Assembly: GCA_038087875.1 (NCBI GenBank)
Contig: CM075995.1
Span: 5,210,001 to 5,274,000, forward strand
Direction: 5' to 3'
From: Malacoraja senta
Lineage: Eukaryota
DNA: 64,000 nt
Positions 36,327 to 48,534 of this stretch are shown piece after piece (position 1 is the first letter of the stretch; each line of letters starts with the position of its first letter). The position numbers were made by a program, and so were the translations under genes. The notes below the pieces were generated by a model that saw only the letters and a list, made by a program, of their open reading frames with translations, ran no database searches and had not been told where the DNA came from.

Positions 36327-36635
36327 AGGGCACGGTGGCGCAGTGATAGAGTTGCTGCCTTACAGCGCCAGAGACCCAGGTTCGGTCCTGACTACGGGTG
36401 CTTGTCTGTACGGACTTTGAACGTTCTCCACGTGATTGCGTGGGATTTCTCCGGGTGCTCCGGTTTCCTCCCACACTCCAAAGACAGACAGGTTTATAGG
36501 TTAATTTGGCTTTGGGAAAAATAGAAAATTGTCCCCAGTGTGTGGAATAGTGCTAGTGTACGGGGATCGCTAGTCGGCTCGGATTCGGTGGGCCAAAGGG
36601 CTTGTTTCCGTGCTGTATCTCTAAACTAAACTAAC
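36327..36635 (+). mobile_element. V-SINE (HE1-like)
   Basis: Full head, V core, CR1 tail and (CTAAA)n. Confidence 0.88.
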
Positions 36636-37234
36636 TGGGGCAACATCATTTGCCATCTAAGCACAAAGTACTGGAGAAACTCAGCGGGTCAGCCAGCATC
36701 TGTGAAAGGAATGACAGACTGAGTGAATCAGTCTGAAGAGTCTTAAATCCTGAAACGTCGTTCGTCCATTCCCTCCGCAGATGCTACATGACCCGTTGAG
36801 TTCCTCCATTGCTTTGTGTTTCGCTCATGATTCCAGCATCTGCAGTACCTTGTGATTACCAGCTGTTGCCCCATCTATTCCCCCATCAATCTCTCTCATT
36901 CATAGAGTCATACAGCGTGGAAACAGGCCCTACGGTAGAATTTGCCCACGCTGACCAACATGTCCCATCTAACCTATCTTATCCATGTACCTATCTAAAT
37001 GTTTCTTAAACATTCTGATAGTACCTATCTCAACTACTTCCTGTGGCAGCTTGTTTCATTCACCCATCACCCTCTGTGTAAAAGAGTTACCCATCTGGTT
37101 CCTACAAAATCTTTCTGCCCTCATCTTAAACCTATGTCCTCTGGTTCTCAGATTCCCCTACTCTGGGCAAGAGTCTCTGTGCCTTTACCTGATCTATTTC
37201 TCTCACGATTTTGTACACTCACTTCCACTCCATC

Positions 37235-38395
37235 AGTCCAGACAATACCGGGACAAACCCGAGTCCCAGTATAATCATTCGCACACACGGAGAACGTGGC
37301 ATGGTTTGAATAAGATAACTGGCTATAAAAGAGTATGGACTAACGGGTCCCTTTCAGAATGGCAGGCAGTGACTAGTGGGCTACCGCAAGGCTCGGTGCT
37401 GGGACCGCAGCTATTTACAATATATATTAATGATTTAGATGAAGGGATTACAAGTAACATTAGCAAATTTGCAGATGACACAAAGCTGGGTGGCAGTGTG
37501 AACTGTGAGGAGGATGCTATGAGAATGCAGGGTGACTTGGACAGGTTGGGTGAGTGGGCAGATGCATGGCAGATGCAGTTTAATGTGGATAAATGTGAGG
37601 TTATCCACTTTGGTAGCAAAAACAGGAAGGAAGATTATTATCTATATGGTGTCAAGTTGGGAAAAGGGGAAGTACAACGGGATCTGGGGGTCCTTGTTCA
37701 TCAGTCAATGAAAGTAAGCATGCAGGTACAGCAGGCAGTGAAGAAAGCGAATGGCATGCTGTCCTTCATAACAAGAGGAGTTTAGTATAGGAGCAAAGAG
37801 GTCCTTCTATTGACTCCATTTATACCTCGCGCCGCCTCGGCAAGGCCAGTAACATAATCAAGGACAAGTCACACCCTGGCCACTCCCTCTTCTCCCCTCT
37901 CCCATCAGGCAAAATGTATGGAAGTGTGAAAACCCATACCTCTAGATTCGGGAACAGTTTCTTCCCATCTGTTATCAGGCAACTGAATCATCCTACCACA
38001 ACCAAAGAGCAGTGCTGAACTACCACAACCAGAGAGCATTGATGACCCTCGGACTATCGTTGATCGGACTTTGCTGGCTTTACCTTGCACTAAACGTTAT
38101 TCCCTTATCATATATCTATACACTGTAAATGGATCGATTGTAATCATGTATTGGGGTCAAGGAAAGAGCGCTCACATCGCGGCCCTGTTTCCACCACCAG
38201 GCAGAAGAAGCGCAAGACAGACACCATTGTATGCAGATGCCGAGAAATGTGTTCAGCTCTGGCGGAACAACTTCTAATCTTACGTGTGGACTCGATAAGA
38301 TGAAGAATCATGTATTGTCTTTCTGCTGACTGGTTAGCATGCAACAAAAGCTTTTCACTATACCTCGATGCACGTGACAATAAACTAAACCAAAC
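37235..38395 (+). mobile_element. Rex1/Babar-like LINE remnant with embedded CR1 RT fragment (~37328-37810)
   Basis: RRTWHGLNKITGYK segment; 3' part CACCCTGGCCACTCCCTCTTC...GTGACAATAAACTAAAC. Confidence 0.7.
38153..38305 (+). mobile_element. 153-bp HDV-ribozyme-headed short retroposon, family 2 copy 1
   Basis: 11-bp TSD AATCATGTATT (38142-38152, 38306-38316); starts GGGGTC; degenerate AAG tail; related copy at 55070-55179. Confidence 0.75.
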
Positions 38396-39264
38396 TGAAA
38401 TGAAGAAGAGTCCAAACCTGAAACATCAATTATTCATTTCCCTCCATAGATGAGGCCTGACCTGCTGAATTCCTCAAGCAGTTTGTTTTTTTGATCACCA
38501 TTGAATCCAGCAGCCAAACTGCAAAGAAACAAATACGTTTTTGTTTTCTCTTTGCTATCAAAGAGAGGAACTTGTTTTCCATGAGGTTCTTAATGAAAGT
38601 CTACAGGATGAAAAATGCAATGGAAGAACAGTGATGAAAGTCTTCTCTACAGGCACTGTCATTTTGCAAAATTCATGTAAATAGCTGGAGGCAATCCACT
38701 TAGCAAGATTCGAAAGCAGATCAATGATAATCCTGCAGGGCAGCCATTTCAATCTCTATTTTAATCATCTCGAGGAAGGAAGATTTCTTCGCTTCTTGTT
38801 TTAATGAAACTGAACTGCTTGTGAGAGCATGTTTGAACAATTGAATCACCTTTCTTTATCATCAATTTCAATTCTCCCTGTGCCCCCTTCATCCAAAATT
38901 AAGTAAAGATTCTCTGAACAGATTGTCTACCTAAAGTCTTGCTTCCTTGCAAAGCCATCTTCAATAACACCATCAATAAAACAAGCCTGTTTCTCATTCA
39001 GATCTGCCTTGTCAAATGTGCTACAAATCTATGGACATTATTTATGAATTTAATATGAATCCACAATGCATTTGTAGTTGCCAGATTTTTATACAATATG
39101 TGCCTGTATTTTAGCAATAAAAAGGAGAGTAGCTAGAGGAACTCAACAGGTCAGGCAGCATCCGTGAAGAGAAATGGTGAATCAATGTTCATCTATACTG
39201 AAAAAGGTAGCGGGAAGTTGCCAATGTAAAGAGGTGAAGTGAAGGATAAGGGAAGGGCTAACAA

Positions 39265-39540
39265 GGGTGGGTGGCACAGTGACTGCAGCGGTAGAGCTGC
39301 TGCCTCACAGCGCCGGAGTTTGTACATTCTTCTTGTGACCACGTGGGTTTTCTCCGGGTGCTCTGGTTTTCTCCCACATTTCAAAGACGTGCGGGTTTGT
39401 AGGTTAATTGCAAACTCTGCAAATTGCCCTTGGAGTGTGTGGGATGCGAAAGTGGGATAACATAGAACTAGTGTGAGGATGATTGCTACTCGGTGGACCA
39501 AAGGGACAGTTTCCATGCTGTATCTCTAAACTAAACTAAG
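39265..39540 (+). mobile_element. V-SINE, internally deleted
   Basis: Head, V core and (CTAAA)n tail. Confidence 0.8.
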
Positions 39541-40161
39541 CGATAGGTCGATATAGGTGAGGAGGAGTTGAGGAGGGGTAGGGAAGGGTGGAAATAGTAA
39601 GAGTTTGGAAGGTGATAAGTGGAGAGAAAAAGGTTGCAGGTTCTGGAATCTAATAGGGAAAGAAGATGAAGAACGTTGGCAGGTGGGAACTCAGAGGGAA
39701 GGGGTGAGAAATGGTTCAATGGTGCTTTTTATTGTTAAATATTGTCCATCCCTTTAAGATGAGGGGTGAAAGATTTAATAAGAATCTGAGGGTGTGTGAA
39801 TAAGAATCACACAAAGTGTGTGTGTGTGGAACGAGCTGCCAGAGGAGGTAGTTGAGGCATGTACTATCGCAACGTTTGAGAAATATTTAGACACGTCCAT
39901 GGAAAGGCCCGGTTTAGATCCTATTAAATAATGGCCAGCACACCATTTGCCAATTTTGACAGAGGGGTCTCTAACCTGGAATGTTGACTCTTTACTCCCT
40001 CAAATGCAGCCAGACATGGACACATTGGGTCAATTGGCCTCATTATGTGGCATTAATCTTCAATGATTCCAAGCCTAGGTGAACAAGAAATATTACTAAT
40101 TTGATCTATTTAGATGTGAAATAGTGTGAGTACAAGAGTAATATTAGACCTTTATAATATT

Positions 40162-40462
40162 AGGGGCAACATGGTGGCACAGCGGTACAGTTGCTGCCTT
40201 ACAGCGCCAGAGACTCGGTTCGATCCTGACCATGGGTGCTGTCTGTATGGCGTTTGCACGTTCTCCCTGTGACTGCATAGGTTTACTTTGGGTGCTCCGG
40301 TTTCCTCCCAAAGATGTGCAGGTTCGTAGGTTAATTGGCTTCAGTAAAATTGTAAAATTGTCCCTGGTGTGTAGGATAGTGCTAGTGTACGGGGATCGCT
40401 GGACGGCGCAGACCCAGTGGGCTGATGGGGCCTGTTTACGCGCTGTATCTCTAAAGTCTAAA
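40162..40462 (+). mobile_element. V-SINE (HE1-like)
   Basis: GGTTCGATCC B-box, V core, CR1 tail. Confidence 0.85.
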
Positions 40463-40959
40463 GCCACACCACTTTGCGATGGTGGGTCGTTAAGGCGTTC
40501 GAACAGGACTACCAGGGCAGTGAAGGTTAATGTTTGCCTGGGGCAAATGGTTTATCTTGCAAACAATTTGGCTATTGCCTCATGCACTACGGGAAAAGAC
40601 AATTAAAGAAAGCTGCCTCCGAATCTTTCTGTTGCCTAAAGGAAAATTAATTACTCTGGGCCAGTATGTTCACCTGTTCCTGAGGCAACTGTATTTTTAA
40701 TGGCGATTTGATGAGACCTTAACCAGTGTGGGATGTGACTGATGGGGCCAGCTTCTTCCAGAAAAAACTAAATATTCTTTAGCTAAAAACTGGTCTACAC
40801 TCCCTAAAGTTTAGAAAAATGAGAGACGATCTCACTAGAATGTACAACGTTCATATGCAGCTGAACAGGAAAGGTGGAGGATGGGATGCACCAACCAGTG
40901 CTTCAATGCGTCATCCGTTCAGCACAGAGACGAGAAAACATTTCTTCATGCAGACATTC

Positions 40960-41305
40960 ATAAGTTATAGGAGCAGAATTAGGCCATTCGGCCCATCAAG
41001 TCTACTCTTCCATTCAATTGTGGCTGATCTATGTCTCCCTCTCAACCTCATTCTCCTGCCTTCTCCCCATAACCCTTGACACCCGTACTAATCAAAAATC
41101 TGTCGACCTCCGTCTTAAAAATATCCATTGCCTTGGCCTCCACAGCCTCATGTGGCAATGGATTCCACAGATTCACCACCCTCTGATTAAATACATTTTT
41201 CTTCATCTCTTTTCTAACGGTACGATCTTTTACCCTGAGGCTATGCCCTCTGGTGCTGGACTCTCCCACTGGTGGAAACATCCTCTCCACATCCACTCTA
41301 TCCAG
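40960..41305 (-). mobile_element. CR1 3' end
   Basis: DLDRVDVERMFP...RVVNLWN on the minus strand. Confidence 0.85.
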
Positions 41306-41802
41306 GTCTGTAAATCTTTGGAATTCTCTCGCAAAGAGAACTGTGGAGGTGCAGTCACTGAGCATATTCAAGTCAGAAACTGATGGTCTGATCAGGTATT
41401 GGTGAATCAAGGTTTCGTCAAGGAAAGTAGCGCTGAGGTAAAAAGTCAATAGTGATCTTATTGAATGGCAGAATAGACATGAGGAGACAAAATACCTGCT
41501 GCTGCTTCTATATCTTGTGTTCTGGTGACTGGCAGACAATCTAGAAAAGGGACTTCAAAATCCCACTTCTCACCATTGCATGGTTTCACTTACAATTTCT
41601 TCTTAACCACCTCCAGGTTTCAAACCCATGGGAATTTTACAGCCCAGCCCCTGATCATTTCTACATTCCTGCTCCTTTACACCTGGAGTTGCCTCTTGCC
41701 GAGACTCCACGTTTTGGAATTCCCATTTCAAATCGCCCTGCTTCTCTACCTCTCTCTTCAATTTGTATTGGATTGGAAAAAAAAGCTCTGGTGCGAAATG
41801 AT

Positions 41803-42105
41803 AGTTTAGTTTAGTTTACAGATACAGCGCGGACACAGGCCCTTCGGCCCACCGAGTCCATGCCGACCAGCGGTTCCCGCACACTAACACTATCCTACAC
41901 ACACTAGGGACAATTTTACAAATTACAGAAGGCAATTTACCTACAAACCTGTACGTCTTTGGAGTGTAGGAGGAAACCGGAGCTCCCAGGGGAAAATCCA
42001 TGCAAGTCACGGGGAGAAGGTACAAACTCCGTACAGACAGCACCCGTAGTCAGGATCGAACCCGGGTCGATAAGGCAGCATCTCTACTGCTGCACCACCG
42101 TGTCA
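41803..42105 (-). mobile_element. V-SINE (HE1-like)
   Basis: Antisense full-length SINE with (TTTAG)n. Confidence 0.85.
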
Positions 42106-42607
42106 CAATGCAATTGGGCCGATTAAATTTTCTGCATGCTCTGGGACAAGAACTGGTTCTGAAACTGTGGCCCCATAAGCTTCCTTCATAGCTACTGAGC
42201 CAGACGTTTATGGTTTAAAATCCCACAGCTTGTGTTCAAATCTACAGGAAGATTCAATATGTTGGAGGTGTTTCCTTTTCAACAGAGGAGGGCATACTTG
42301 AGCAAAACACAAATTGCTGGAGGAACCCAGTGACTCAGGCAACACCTGTGGAGGGAATGGATGGGTAACATTTTGGGTCAAGAACCTTCTTCATACTTGT
42401 GAAGTTTTCAATTTAAATCACTAAATTTAAATTAACCTACAAACCTGTCCCTTCCTCACTTGTGTTTAGTTTAGTATAGTTTGATTTAATTTAGTTTAGT
42501 TCAGTTTAGAGATAGAGCATGCAAATGCTCAGGTCAGGTCTGGGGGAGTTCCCCCCGCCACGGGTACCATGTAATCCGTGGCGGGGGGATTACATGGTAC
42601 TAGGCAA

Positions 42608-45098
42608 TGATGCAGCTACCGGCCTATATCCCTGCTGTGCCACCCGTACAAACTGATGGAAAGATGCATACTGAACCGCATCACGCTGGATGTAGACGAT
42701 GTTTTGATACCTGAACAGGCTGGATTCCGCCAGGGAAAGTCAACAACAGGACAACTGCTGAACCTCACTCAGCACATTGAAGATGGCTTCGAGGGGAAGC
42801 TGATCACAGGTAGACTTGTCTGCAGCATATGACACTGTAAACCACCGTATCATGAAAGCCAAACGGCAACAAACACTACAGGTCTCTCATCTTGTCCAGT
42901 TCATCATGACAATGATGGAGAATCGCCGCTTCTTCATATGCCTGAATGGTCAGAACAGCCGTTGGAGACGTCAAAAGAATGGTCTACCACAGGGCAGTGT
43001 CCTTGCCCCAACGTTGTTCAATATATACACCAATGACCAACCCACCACCCCGAAAACTAGGTAATTTCTGTATGCTGATGACTTATGCATCGCCACGCAA
43101 TCCTCAGACTTCAGCCAGATTGAGACCGTACTAGAGGCTGCTCTGCAGAATATGACAACATACTTCCAACAGAACTCCCTGCGCCCAAACCCAACAAAAT
43201 CGCAAATCGCAGCTTTCCACCTCCAGAACCGGGATGCGAAACGGCAACTGCAGGTGCGATGGAATGATGTCCTGTTGGAACACTGCAAAGCCCCAAAGTA
43301 CCTAGGTGTGGTCCTCGATCGCACGTTATCATATCGCCAACATGTTGAGAAAACCCAGGCAAAGGTCAACACCCGGAACAATGTCATCGAAAAATTGGCA
43401 AACAGCTAATTTGGAAGTGACCCAACAACAATCCGCACTGCAGCCCTGGTGAATAAAGATGGCGGACTGCAGGAGTGGGGCGCCGTTGTGTATGGCTGCT
43501 CTCCCTGCAGTCCGCCCTTTCTCCCTTTTTAAAATTTTATTTTTTGTCCTGTTAAAAAACAAAATGTTAGTTGGAGGTCTTTTATGTGGTGGGTGGGGGA
43601 GGGGGAGGGGAAGGGGGAAACTTTATTTCCAAGTCCCTACCTGGTCGGAGAGGCGGCTTCCCTCCGAGCTGTTTCTTCGCCCCTTCCTCGCGGCCTACCA
43701 TCGGACTGGAGCGGCGTTTCCTGTCGGGAACGGCCGGGACTACAGCTTCGGCGGCGGCGGTACAGCGCAGGGACACCATCACGGAGCGGGCGATGCCTTA
43801 CCGGATCGCCGTGCGGTAGGCTCCGGAGGGCTGTGACCGCCGACTCCAACATCTGAGGAGCTGTGTCTGCGGAGCGTCCAGCCACAGGCGCCGCTGGATT
43901 TAAAACACCGCGGAGCCTGGGATCTCTCGCCGAGATCGCCAGAGTCGGAGCTCCGACCAGCGCGGCCTGTGGACTACGGGTGCCGCAGTCTCCGGGGAGG
44001 GAGCGGCCGCTCCAGACATTTCCAAGCCGCCGAGGAGTGTTCACCCGACGCCGGAGTTCCAGCTTTCCGGCAAGAGAGCCTGAAAACATTCGGACTGGCT
44101 GCGGAGGCCACAAATAGGCCCCGACCTCGGGTGATTCACAGTGGAAGAGGACTTAACTTTTTGTTGCCTTTCCTCACAGTGGAAAATTTGATTCTGTTGT
44201 GGGGGGATGTTCATGTTGAATTCTATAATTGTGTTGTGTCATTTTTTCTTATTTTTAATTTTTCTATGGATGTATGGAAACTTAATTATTTATTTTATGT
44301 AAAGCACTTTAGTTTCAACGCAAGTTGATTTAAACGTGCTATATAAATAAAATTTACTTACTTACTTACTTACTAGAATATGCAAGCCCCATCTGGAGCC
44401 GCTCTAAACATGCACTCAAGGTGGACTCCGCATTGAAGCTGAAGCCGACAAAGGTTGAACACCTGTACGAGCTGGCAGGCATTGATGAACCATCTTGAAG
44501 ACGTGATCGGCCAGCTGCAGTAGAACGCTTCAATGCGGACACAGAGCCCCGCCACCCCTTGCACAATAACCAACATGCCAAGAAACGCCTGAAGAGTCGG
44601 AACAGCTTCATGGAACTAGAGCCAACCGTACCAGGCATCAAAACCAAACAACAGTTGGCACCAGGACGGCACCAGGACACCACCTGCCTTATACTACCTG
44701 AAAAGCCCTAAACCGCCTCCGCACTGGAGTGGGACGTTACGGACTCAACCTGAAGAAGTGGGGCCTCTAGAACTCTGACAAGTGCAACTGTGGAGAGGTA
44801 CAGACAATGTCCCACCTACTGACTTGCGGTGAGAGGCATGCACTGCGGACGATCTCCGCAGAGGCACAGATGTGGCACTGGCTGTGCCAAAGCGATGGCA
44901 GAACACCGTCTGACACAGGAACGAGCGAACTGTCATTGTAAGGAATGATGATAAAGCACACACACCAAAATACTATACTTCCAGCGGCGGAAGTCCGCAG
45001 GAACTGGAGGATAGAGATGTGTGGTGCGTCCGTCACCGTTCCCGTTCGAAACCATCACCACTGCATCGCTAATGTTTTCAACGATGATGAATGAATGC
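42608..45098 (+). mobile_element. 5'-truncated Vingi/Ingi-like LINE, degenerate, interrupted at ~43450-44372
   Basis: YRPISLL, EQAGFR, DLSAAYD, GLPQGSVLAP, YADD, KYLGVVLDR; C-terminal CNCGEVQTMSHLLTC; no RNase H seen; (ATGA)n tail. Clade assignment is from recalled motifs. Confidence 0.65.
43457..44372 (+). mobile_element. ~915-bp GC-rich non-coding retroposon with L2-type 3' tail
   Basis: Starts AGATGGCG; ends TGTAAAGCACTTT...GTGCTATATAAATAAA plus (TTAC)n; no credible ORF. Confidence 0.65.
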
Positions 45099-45355
45099 AT
45101 GGAAACGGGCCCTTCGGCCCAACCGAGTCCGTGCCGACCAGTGATCACCCGTACACTAGTCCTATCCTACACACTGGGGACAATGTACAGAAGCCAATTT
45201 ACCTATAAATCTGCTTGCTCTTGAATATGGCTGAAACTGGAGCACCCGGGGAAAGCCCACGCGGTCACAGGGAGAAACGTACAAACTCTGTACAGACTCT
45301 GTACATTACCGGTTCTCTGACACTGTGAAGAAGCAACTCTACTACTGTACCACCC
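45097..45355 (-). mobile_element. V-SINE, degenerate
   Basis: Antisense tail, core and head motifs. Confidence 0.75.
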
Positions 45356-45431
45356 CGGCATAGACAAGGTGGGCCGAGAGGCCTGTTTCCATGTTGTATT
45401 ACTCTATGACTGTGATTCTGTATGAACTGCA

Positions 45432-45876
45432 CCTTCTTCTTGCGTATGGCGCGCACAGCTCAAAGTTGTCAGACAACTTGTTCTATTTGATCTTATTTGA
45501 TTGTGCACATCGGGTTGATTGCATTAAGGGCCTGACCCACTGTACGAGGTAATTCAAGAGTTCTCCCGAGTTTCTCCTGACTCGAACTCAGAGAATTACG
45601 GTAATAGCCGCTCGTGGGTACTCGGGGCTCTCGTGGACATTTTTCAACCTGTTGAAAAATCTTCACGAGCTTACCGCATTTCCCGAGTACCTGCCGTTAG
45701 TGTTACGAGCCGCTAAGAGACGTCCCGAGCTCCGACCCGCTACGTACATTCTACGTACTTACCACGAGTTTGATTTTTTTTTAAACTCAGGAGAGCTCTT
45801 GAATTACCTCGTACAGTGGGACAGGCCCTTAAGTCGAAACAGGGTGAACCACATGAAGGTTGCAATCTCCCACCCC
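45432..45876 (-). mobile_element. HDV-ribozyme-headed retroposon, family 1 copy 2, interrupted by a MITE
   Basis: 11-bp TSD TATGAACTGCA (45421-45431, 45877-45887); same 5' end and (AAG)n tail as 2743-2880. Confidence 0.85.
45527..45829. mobile_element. ~300-bp MITE with ~45-bp TIRs (Harbinger-like; Kolobok possible)
   Basis: AGGGCCTG(A/T)CCCACTGTACGAGGTAATTCAAGAG inverted at both ends; flanks TTA/TAA (or TTAA). Confidence 0.85.
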
Positions 45877-46744
45877 TATGAACTGCATGAGGCAAAGTGA
45901 CACAGGCTCCAATGAAAAATTGCTCACTACATCTGAACACATGCAGCACAAACCAATGAGGTAGATCTTATGCTCGCAAACTGACCTGCTGCTCGAGGCA
46001 AAGTTAAAAGAATTGGGATGTTAAATTATTGATGAACAATATGGGGTTTTATGATAATTTTCTGAAGAACACCTCTCAGATGATGATGCGTGAAGCTGCA
46101 TGTCAGTCTCTCCTGAATCACCAAAGCTGTAAGTCAAAGCTCATTGCAATGTTGCAGCTAATTTCCATCAGCTGTACGGAGGAGATGTCATAAGCGGAAA
46201 GAAATGGTGGTGAATGTCTCAGTAAATCAGGCCAGCAGGAGAAATTGTCAATAAAATACTGAGTGAGCTGCTGTCTGCTTCCCAAATGGAAAAATGAACA
46301 TAAGGAAGGTTATCATTTGGCCCCACGTGCTTTCTGAAAGAGCATTCCATTGAGTCCCATTCCGTTACTTAATCACTGCACTGAATTTAATGTTTCTAGT
46401 TTCAAATATTCATCCAGGTCTCTTTAGAAGTTTTTTTGCAGATCGTGCATTCAACATTATAATAGGTTGTTGAGTTAAAAAAATAACATTCTGCTGATTT
46501 GCATTTTTGGAATTTTTATAAATGATCTTAAACTATGTCCCCTGGTTATGATCCCATCTGATGCTGGAAACATTTGCTCCATCTTATCAACATCCTTTAT
46601 GATTCAAAACACTTTAACAAAGTTCCCCTTTTCATTTTCACTCTCAAAGAAGAATACATTCAGCTTCTTTGGTTTCTCCCAATATTTATGTGTCGTTCCA
46701 TTTTATTTGGAATTTTTTGGTTTTTTGCTTGTTCATTTCTTCTA

Positions 46745-47660
46745 AGATCATAAGACAGAATTAGGCCATTTGGCCCATCGAGTCCGCTCCGCCATTCAAT
46801 CATGGCAGATCTATGTTTCCCTCTTAACCCCATTCTCCTGCCTTCTCCCCGTAACCTTCGACACCCTTACTAATCGAGAACCATCAGCCTTGGCTTTAAA
46901 AATACCCAATGACTTAGCCTCCACCGTCATCTGTGGCAATGAATTCTACAGGTTCACTATCTTCTTGCTGAGGAAATTCCCCTTCAACACCATTCTAAAG
47001 AAACGTCCTTTCATTCTGCGACTGTGCCCTCTGGTCCTGGACTCTCCCACTAGTTTAGTTTTGTTCAGTTTAGAGATACAGCGCAGAAATAGGCCCATCG
47101 GCCCACAGGGTCTATGCCGACTAGCGACCCCCGCACACTAACACTATCCTACACACACTAGGGACAATTTTAACATTTACCAAGCCAATTAACCTACAGA
47201 CCTATACGTCCTTGGAATGTGGGAGTAAACTGAAGATCTTGGAGGGAACACACGCGGGTCACAGGGAGAACGTACAAACTCCGTACAGACAGCACCCGTA
47301 ATCGGGATCGAACCCAAGTCTCTGGTGCTACAAAGCAGCAACTCTACCACTGTGCCACCGTGCCGCCTATGGTGCCACAAACTACTGGAAACATCCTCTC
47401 CATTCCCGCTCTTTCATTATTCAGTTGGTTTCAATGAGATGCCCTCTCATCCCACCAGCCACCAGCAAGTACAGGCTCAGAGCCATCATATGTTCCTCAT
47501 ATGTTAACCCAATCATCCCCGGGATCATTCTTGTGAATCTCCTCCGGACCATCTCCAAAACCAGCATATCCATCGTCAGATATGGGGCCCTAAACTGCTC
47601 ACAATATTCCAAATGTGATCACCCCAGCACCTGATAAAGCCTTAGAAATACATCCTTTTC
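46745..47660 (-). mobile_element. CR1 3' region with nested V-SINE (47052-47365, -)
   Basis: CR1 tail and RRFTRMIPG on the minus strand; SINE in between. Confidence 0.8.
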
Positions 47661-47871
47661 AGAAGTTTGAAGAACGGTCCCGAACTGAAACGTCACCTAT
47701 CCATGCTCTCCAGGGATGCTGCCTGACCCACTGAGTTACTCCAGCACTCTTTTTTCATAATGTAAACCAACATCTGCAGTTCCTTGTATAAACACCACCC
47801 TGAATCGAATTACAGCCACTTAGTTGGAGGCCTGATCCAGAGATTAACAAAGGTAAAACAGTTATAATGGG

Positions 47872-48534
47872 CAAGAGCGGAACTCGCTATCAAAACATGG
47901 AGGGGACAATTTTTTGGCGACCGCGCGCGCATGCGCACACTCACACACACGCGCGAGGCTTCGGAGGCTCAATCCAGCGCTAAATGCAGCTCAACTGCCT
48001 GTCTCACCGGGTTAACTACAGCCCTGCCTGGACTGACGAGATACCAGCGCTGCTTCTCCGCGCTGGCCATATTTCCCGCAAGTCCAGGAAGGCTGTAGGC
48101 TCACCTGGCGGGACAGGCAGAGTTAGCTGGGTTTAGCGCTGTTTCTCTGCGCTGGCCCGTCTGAATCCCGACCAAAGATCCTATAGCGGAGGATCTTTGC
48201 TGCCGACCTCTCTAGCCACCCGTGGGGGAGGGGGTACTCGGGTGAGGACGGGACAGCGCCGGAGACCCGGCGGATGAGGCGCAGGTCTGTGCCACGTCTC
48301 CCTCCTCCAATCATCGCGCTGAATCATGTCCCGCCCCTATTGCCTGCTGACTGACGACTCTCTCGTCCAATCGGCCACCTCGATCATCAGTCCCACCCCC
48401 ACTGTCTCGCGGAAAGCGGAGATTTCACCGGGTTTAAAATCCGGATTACAAAAACTTGGGGGGGATGTCCCCCACCTCTCAAAACATAGAGGGGACGTGT
48501 CCCCTCTGCCCCCCCCCCAGGTTTTCCGTCCCTG
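47872..48534. mobile_element. Non-autonomous hAT element (663 bp)
   Basis: 8-bp TSD ATAATGGG (47864-47871, 48535-48542); imperfect TIRs CAAGAGCGGAA / TTCCGTCCCTG. Confidence 0.85.

Noticed and set aside
36327..36400. tRNA gene calls at SINE heads
   Set aside because: A/B-box heads continue into the V core and CR1 tail; they are SINEs, not tRNA genes.
43681..43705. UCCUCGC loop suggesting a third HDV-like ribozyme
   Set aside because: No satisfactory P3, P1 or P2 pairing found, and it is internal to the element.
43459..44328. Overlapping 60-160 aa ORFs in GC-rich repeats (also 48-587 and 11220-12235)
   Set aside because: Expected from stop-codon scarcity in GC-rich or palindromic DNA; no domain motifs.
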